Source of the DNA: Perkinsus chesapeaki ATCC PRA-425
Taxonomy: Eukaryota > Protista > Perkinsozoa
Length of the DNA: 49,942 nucleotides
Reading direction: 5' to 3'
Assembly: GCA_013115145.1 (NCBI GenBank)
Contig: JAAPAO010000227.1
Coordinates: forward strand, 1-49,942
Position numbers and translations under genes: made by a program. Each line of letters opens with the position of its first letter. Positions within the stretch are counted from its first letter, which is position 1. Below the pieces are notes generated by a model, which worked only from the letters and a program-made list of their open reading frames with translations, made no database searches and was not told the DNA's origin. Positions 48,831 through 49,942 of this stretch are shown here, piece by piece.

Positions 48831-48991
48831 CGGCTTAATAAATACCTTCGTAACTCTCGACTGTGGCCCACAGTTAATGAGGGTGCATATATGTTCGGGA
48901 CCCAACGCGAATCGCCTCGGGCAATCCAAGGCGAGGATGGGGTGAATAACGGTCGCCATCAGTGCTCCAGTCATGGTTCTACTACTACTAC
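48831..48991. repeat. Diverged direct repeat, partner at 46903-47046
   Basis: See the partner repeat at 46903-47046. Confidence 0.75.
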
Positions 48992-49360
48992 TACGCAAAA
49001 TTGTATGCACTAGAGCTGTACTGAATTGACGCGTGCTGGTAATTTACTCGCACTCGCTTAATGGATTCGCAGAAATATACGATTTTGTATTGGAATGCTG
49101 AAATTGTACACGATTTGTGAATCGCAAAACCGTACTCGCCTAAGAAATTGTAGGATTATACGCATGGAATTGACTTACTGGTTATGTACTTGTACACTTG
49201 ATTGAACCATTACTCGGATAAGAACTAGGCGAACTGGAACGTTGGGCTCGCTCCAATTCGACTATGTTATAGCATAAGTTCTATTTATCTTTGTTGCCAA
49301 TAGGGCAGCACGAGGCTATACGATTATACTGCGTTAGTAGGAAATGTCGTGCCTCCCGTA

Positions 49361-49415
49361 TAAACTAAACTAAACTAAACTACTACTACTACTACTACTT
49401 CATTCATTCATTCAT
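49361..49415. repeat. Compound microsatellite (TAAAC)4 (TAC)6 (TCAT)4, the retroelement 3' tail
   Basis: Read directly from the sequence and abutting the element stop codon. Confidence 0.9.
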
Positions 49416-49942
49416 CAAGCGCATAAATCCAACTGAGGGACGTGCGCGCTCCGAATATTAGTGAAATAATGCCATTTCTTCCTATCCATCACATCACTTC
49501 TTATACTTCTCCATCTCCCACCACGATCCTCAATATCCTCTTTAACCAATTTGATCCATTTAGAATCAGAAGTAATCTCAGACTCTATCCATTCTTTTTG
49601 TACTGAACCCTCGAACTGCCTCATAGCATGGCCAAACCATCTCAAACGTTTTTGTCCCAACATCTCTTTGACCATTATCCCTTCTAACCATTGCATGATA
49701 TCCACCTCCGCTACTTTCCAATCGAGATTGTCAGTATCATCATCACCTCTACGGTTCCATCTAATTATATTGCATACCATCTTATTACAACACCGTTGTA
49801 ATCTCCCAATATCATTCTTATTATATATCCACGTTTCACCATTATATAGAAGTACACTCAAAATACAAATCCCAAATATTTTCTTTTTAGTCTCTAAAGA
49901 TATCCCTTTCGCTCTCCATATATTTTTTAAATCATTGAATAC
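49361..49942 (-). mobile_element. 3' end of an RTE-type non-LTR retrotransposon, running off the window edge
   Basis: Open frame from the window edge: FNDLKNIWRAKGISLETKKKIF...LSVLLYNGETW...QKRLRWFGHAMR, typical of the post-RT region of RTE-like LINEs. The stop at 49415-49417 is followed directly by a microsatellite tail, and the segment is clearly more AT-rich than the host genes. Confidence 0.88.

Overview
Intron-rich eukaryotic genomic DNA: roughly 48% GC by eye, most introns about 40-65 nt, GT-AG with at least one GC-AG. The gene style and families suggest a Perkinsus-like alveolate, which is an inference because no marker gene is present. From left to right the window holds: a deleted pseudo-copy and an intact copy of an intronless type-II membrane protein gene; an NWE-motif (CFAP95-like) flagellar microtubule inner protein; a TKL kinase; a protein with three U1/matrin-type zinc fingers; a full-length but highly divergent F1-ATPase alpha-like protein with a mitochondrial-type presequence and a broken Walker A; a long-chain acyl-CoA synthetase; a RAP-domain protein; an intronless secreted orphan; four COPI-associated (TVP15-like) paralogues in two divergent pairs; three tandem full-length ABCB/MDR transporters with small secreted orphans between and after them; and the 3' end of an RTE-type non-LTR retrotransposon. 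The two most striking observations are the degenerate F1-alpha paralogue and a 135-nt ABC-signature exon. That exon is identical in all three otherwise diverged ABCB genes, 44 of its 45 codons end in A/T, and its flanking introns are very AT-rich. Exon structures were reconstructed by eye, so internal boundaries and some termini are approximate.
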